A stretch of DNA of 40,337 bases from the NCBI GenBank assembly GCA_041622435.1, contig JBFJYU010000001.1:1-40337 (forward strand), in the 5' to 3' direction. Below the pieces are notes generated by a model that had not been told where the DNA came from, did no database searches, and saw nothing but the letters and a program-made list of their open reading frames with translations. Position numbers and translations under genes: made by a program. This DNA is from Thermoplasmatota archaeon. Its GTDB lineage: Archaea > Thermoplasmatota > E2 > JACPAO01 > JAHFTW01. Numbering within the stretch: position 1 is the stretch's first letter; each line of letters starts with the position of its first letter. Shown piece after piece: positions 39,505 to 40,337 of the stretch.

Positions 39505-40337
39505 ATGAAGGTCCTCGCGCCCTTTGCGGTCGCACTACTGCTTGCCGGCTGCGCCGACAGCCCAGCCAACCCCGACAGCCTCGCCGCCGACATCGAGCCC
39601 ATCAGGTCCGACTGGTGGCAAGCCACGACGAACCTTGAGGGACGGGGCGCCGTCCGGCTCCAGATGCTCCTGCCAGAGGCCATGACCTGCACCATCCTCA
39701 TGGCCGCGCACCACGGCACAGGATCCAGCGACGAGACCCGCCCATGGTTCGAGTTGCGAGTCGATGGCGAAACCATCTACAACAGCGGCGGCCCCGCCAC
39801 CGCGGTCTACGAGATCGGCGTCGAACAGGGGCCGGTCGATACCGTGGCCGCCACCAAGCAGGCATGGAACACGGTTTTCGGGACCTATGCTCAAGCCATC
39901 GCCGGGGCGAGCACCTTCACCTCGTGGCTTGGCCTGCCGGATTGGCCCGTGGGCCCCGGAGTCGCCGATGTGTTCGTGATGATGGATGCCGGCCTCGTCC
40001 CCGACGGCGACGGCGAGACTGACGGCGCCAGCGCCCTTGTGCGAGCCTCGTGCGACGAGCCTGTGCAGGCCCGCGCCCAGGTTGACCCGGAAGCGCGTGT
40101 GGTGGACGCCCGGATGTTCCGAGGCGGATCGTACGTCGAGACCGTGTTTGGCCCATCCCTCCATCAGGGCACCCAGGACGTGACCACCATCGGTCCAAAG
40201 ACGGAACTTGAGTTTACCACGCGCAACGTGGACGGCCACATCGGCGTGTCCGGTGCGTTCGAAGACAAGATCACGTTTGCCAGCGACCCTGCCAACCCGC
40301 TTGGTGGCGGCGCCGAGTTCCATCGCCTGGAGGGCCC
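39505..40337 (+). CDS. Lipoprotein of unknown function; the 3' end runs off the window
   Basis: Absent from the ORF track because it has no stop. My hand translation found no stop to nt 40337. Lipobox MKVLAPFAVALLLAGCADS. Composition is protein-like. Confidence 0.7.
   Translation, partial: MKVLAPFAVALLLAGCADSPANPDSLAADIEPIRSDWWQATTNLEGRGAVRLQMLLPEAMTCTILMAAHHGTGSSDETRPWFELRVDGETIYNSGGPATAVYEIGVEQGPVDTVAATKQAWNTVFGTYAQAIAGASTFTSWLGLPDWPVGPGVADVFVMMDAGLVPDGDGETDGASALVRASCDEPVQARAQVDPEARVVDARMFRGGSYVETVFGPSLHQGTQDVTTIGPKTELEFTTRNVDGHIGVSGAFEDKITFASDPANPLGGGAEFHRLEG

Noticed and set aside
39323-39776. Possibility that the missing N-terminal half of the DOHH-like gene lies frameshifted just upstream (pseudogene or sequencing error)
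   Set aside because: An in-frame TAA lies 9 codons upstream of the GTG. Only 182 nt separate the gene from a divergent lipoprotein gene. None of the minus-strand frames, including ORF 39300-39776, contains HEAT or His-Glu motifs.
39535-40323. 262-aa minus-strand ORF at the right edge
   Set aside because: The opposite strand, starting at ATG 39505, has a lipobox signal, a TATA-like box at -26 and an uninterrupted frame to the window end. The minus-strand product is Gly/Ala/His/Arg-rich.

Overview
High-GC (about 65-70% by eye) prokaryotic chromosomal fragment, most likely from an uncultured euryarchaeon, possibly Marine Group II/Poseidoniales-like (low confidence). Evidence for archaeal origin: a Lig1-type ATP-dependent DNA ligase, a PAC2 proteasome-assembly-chaperone homologue, many lipobox lipoproteins, PGF-CTERM-like C-terminal anchors, and TATA-like A/T boxes about 24-29 nt upstream of many start codons, which suggests leaderless mRNAs. 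I support about 35 protein-coding genes. I found no rRNA, tRNA, CRISPR array, transposase or integrase. Content from left to right: (1) a partial secreted fibre/adhesin-like gene that runs off the left edge and is missing from the ORF track; (2) PAC2 and DNA ligase; (3) two small Cys-rich secreted proteins; (4) a co-directional five-gene cluster on the minus strand (7050-12212) containing two tandem, highly similar ~550-aa secreted paralogues of unknown fold, two small membrane proteins and a hemolysin-III/PAQR channel; (5) two paralogous membrane-anchored hexapeptide-repeat (LbH) proteins, one next to a BNR/sialidase-like lipoprotein and one next to an M28 peptidase lipoprotein; (6) a large S8 subtilase with 7 PKD repeats; (7) an aminotransferase; (8) two exported SlyD/FKBP-like lipoproteins with His/Asp-rich tails; (9) a tightly overlapped purN-folC-pabB/A-pabC-(micro-ORF)-folP operon; (10) a LamG-like adhesin; (11) purH; (12) an RHH regulator; (13) an Fn3-like secreted protein whose gene overlaps a TPR membrane protein gene at a slippery heptamer; (14) a half-size homologue of eukaryotic deoxyhypusine hydroxylase; (15) a partial lipoprotein gene at the right edge. 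Most long ORFs antisense to these genes are high-GC shadow ORFs. All homology statements come from motif recognition by eye and from memory. No database search was run.
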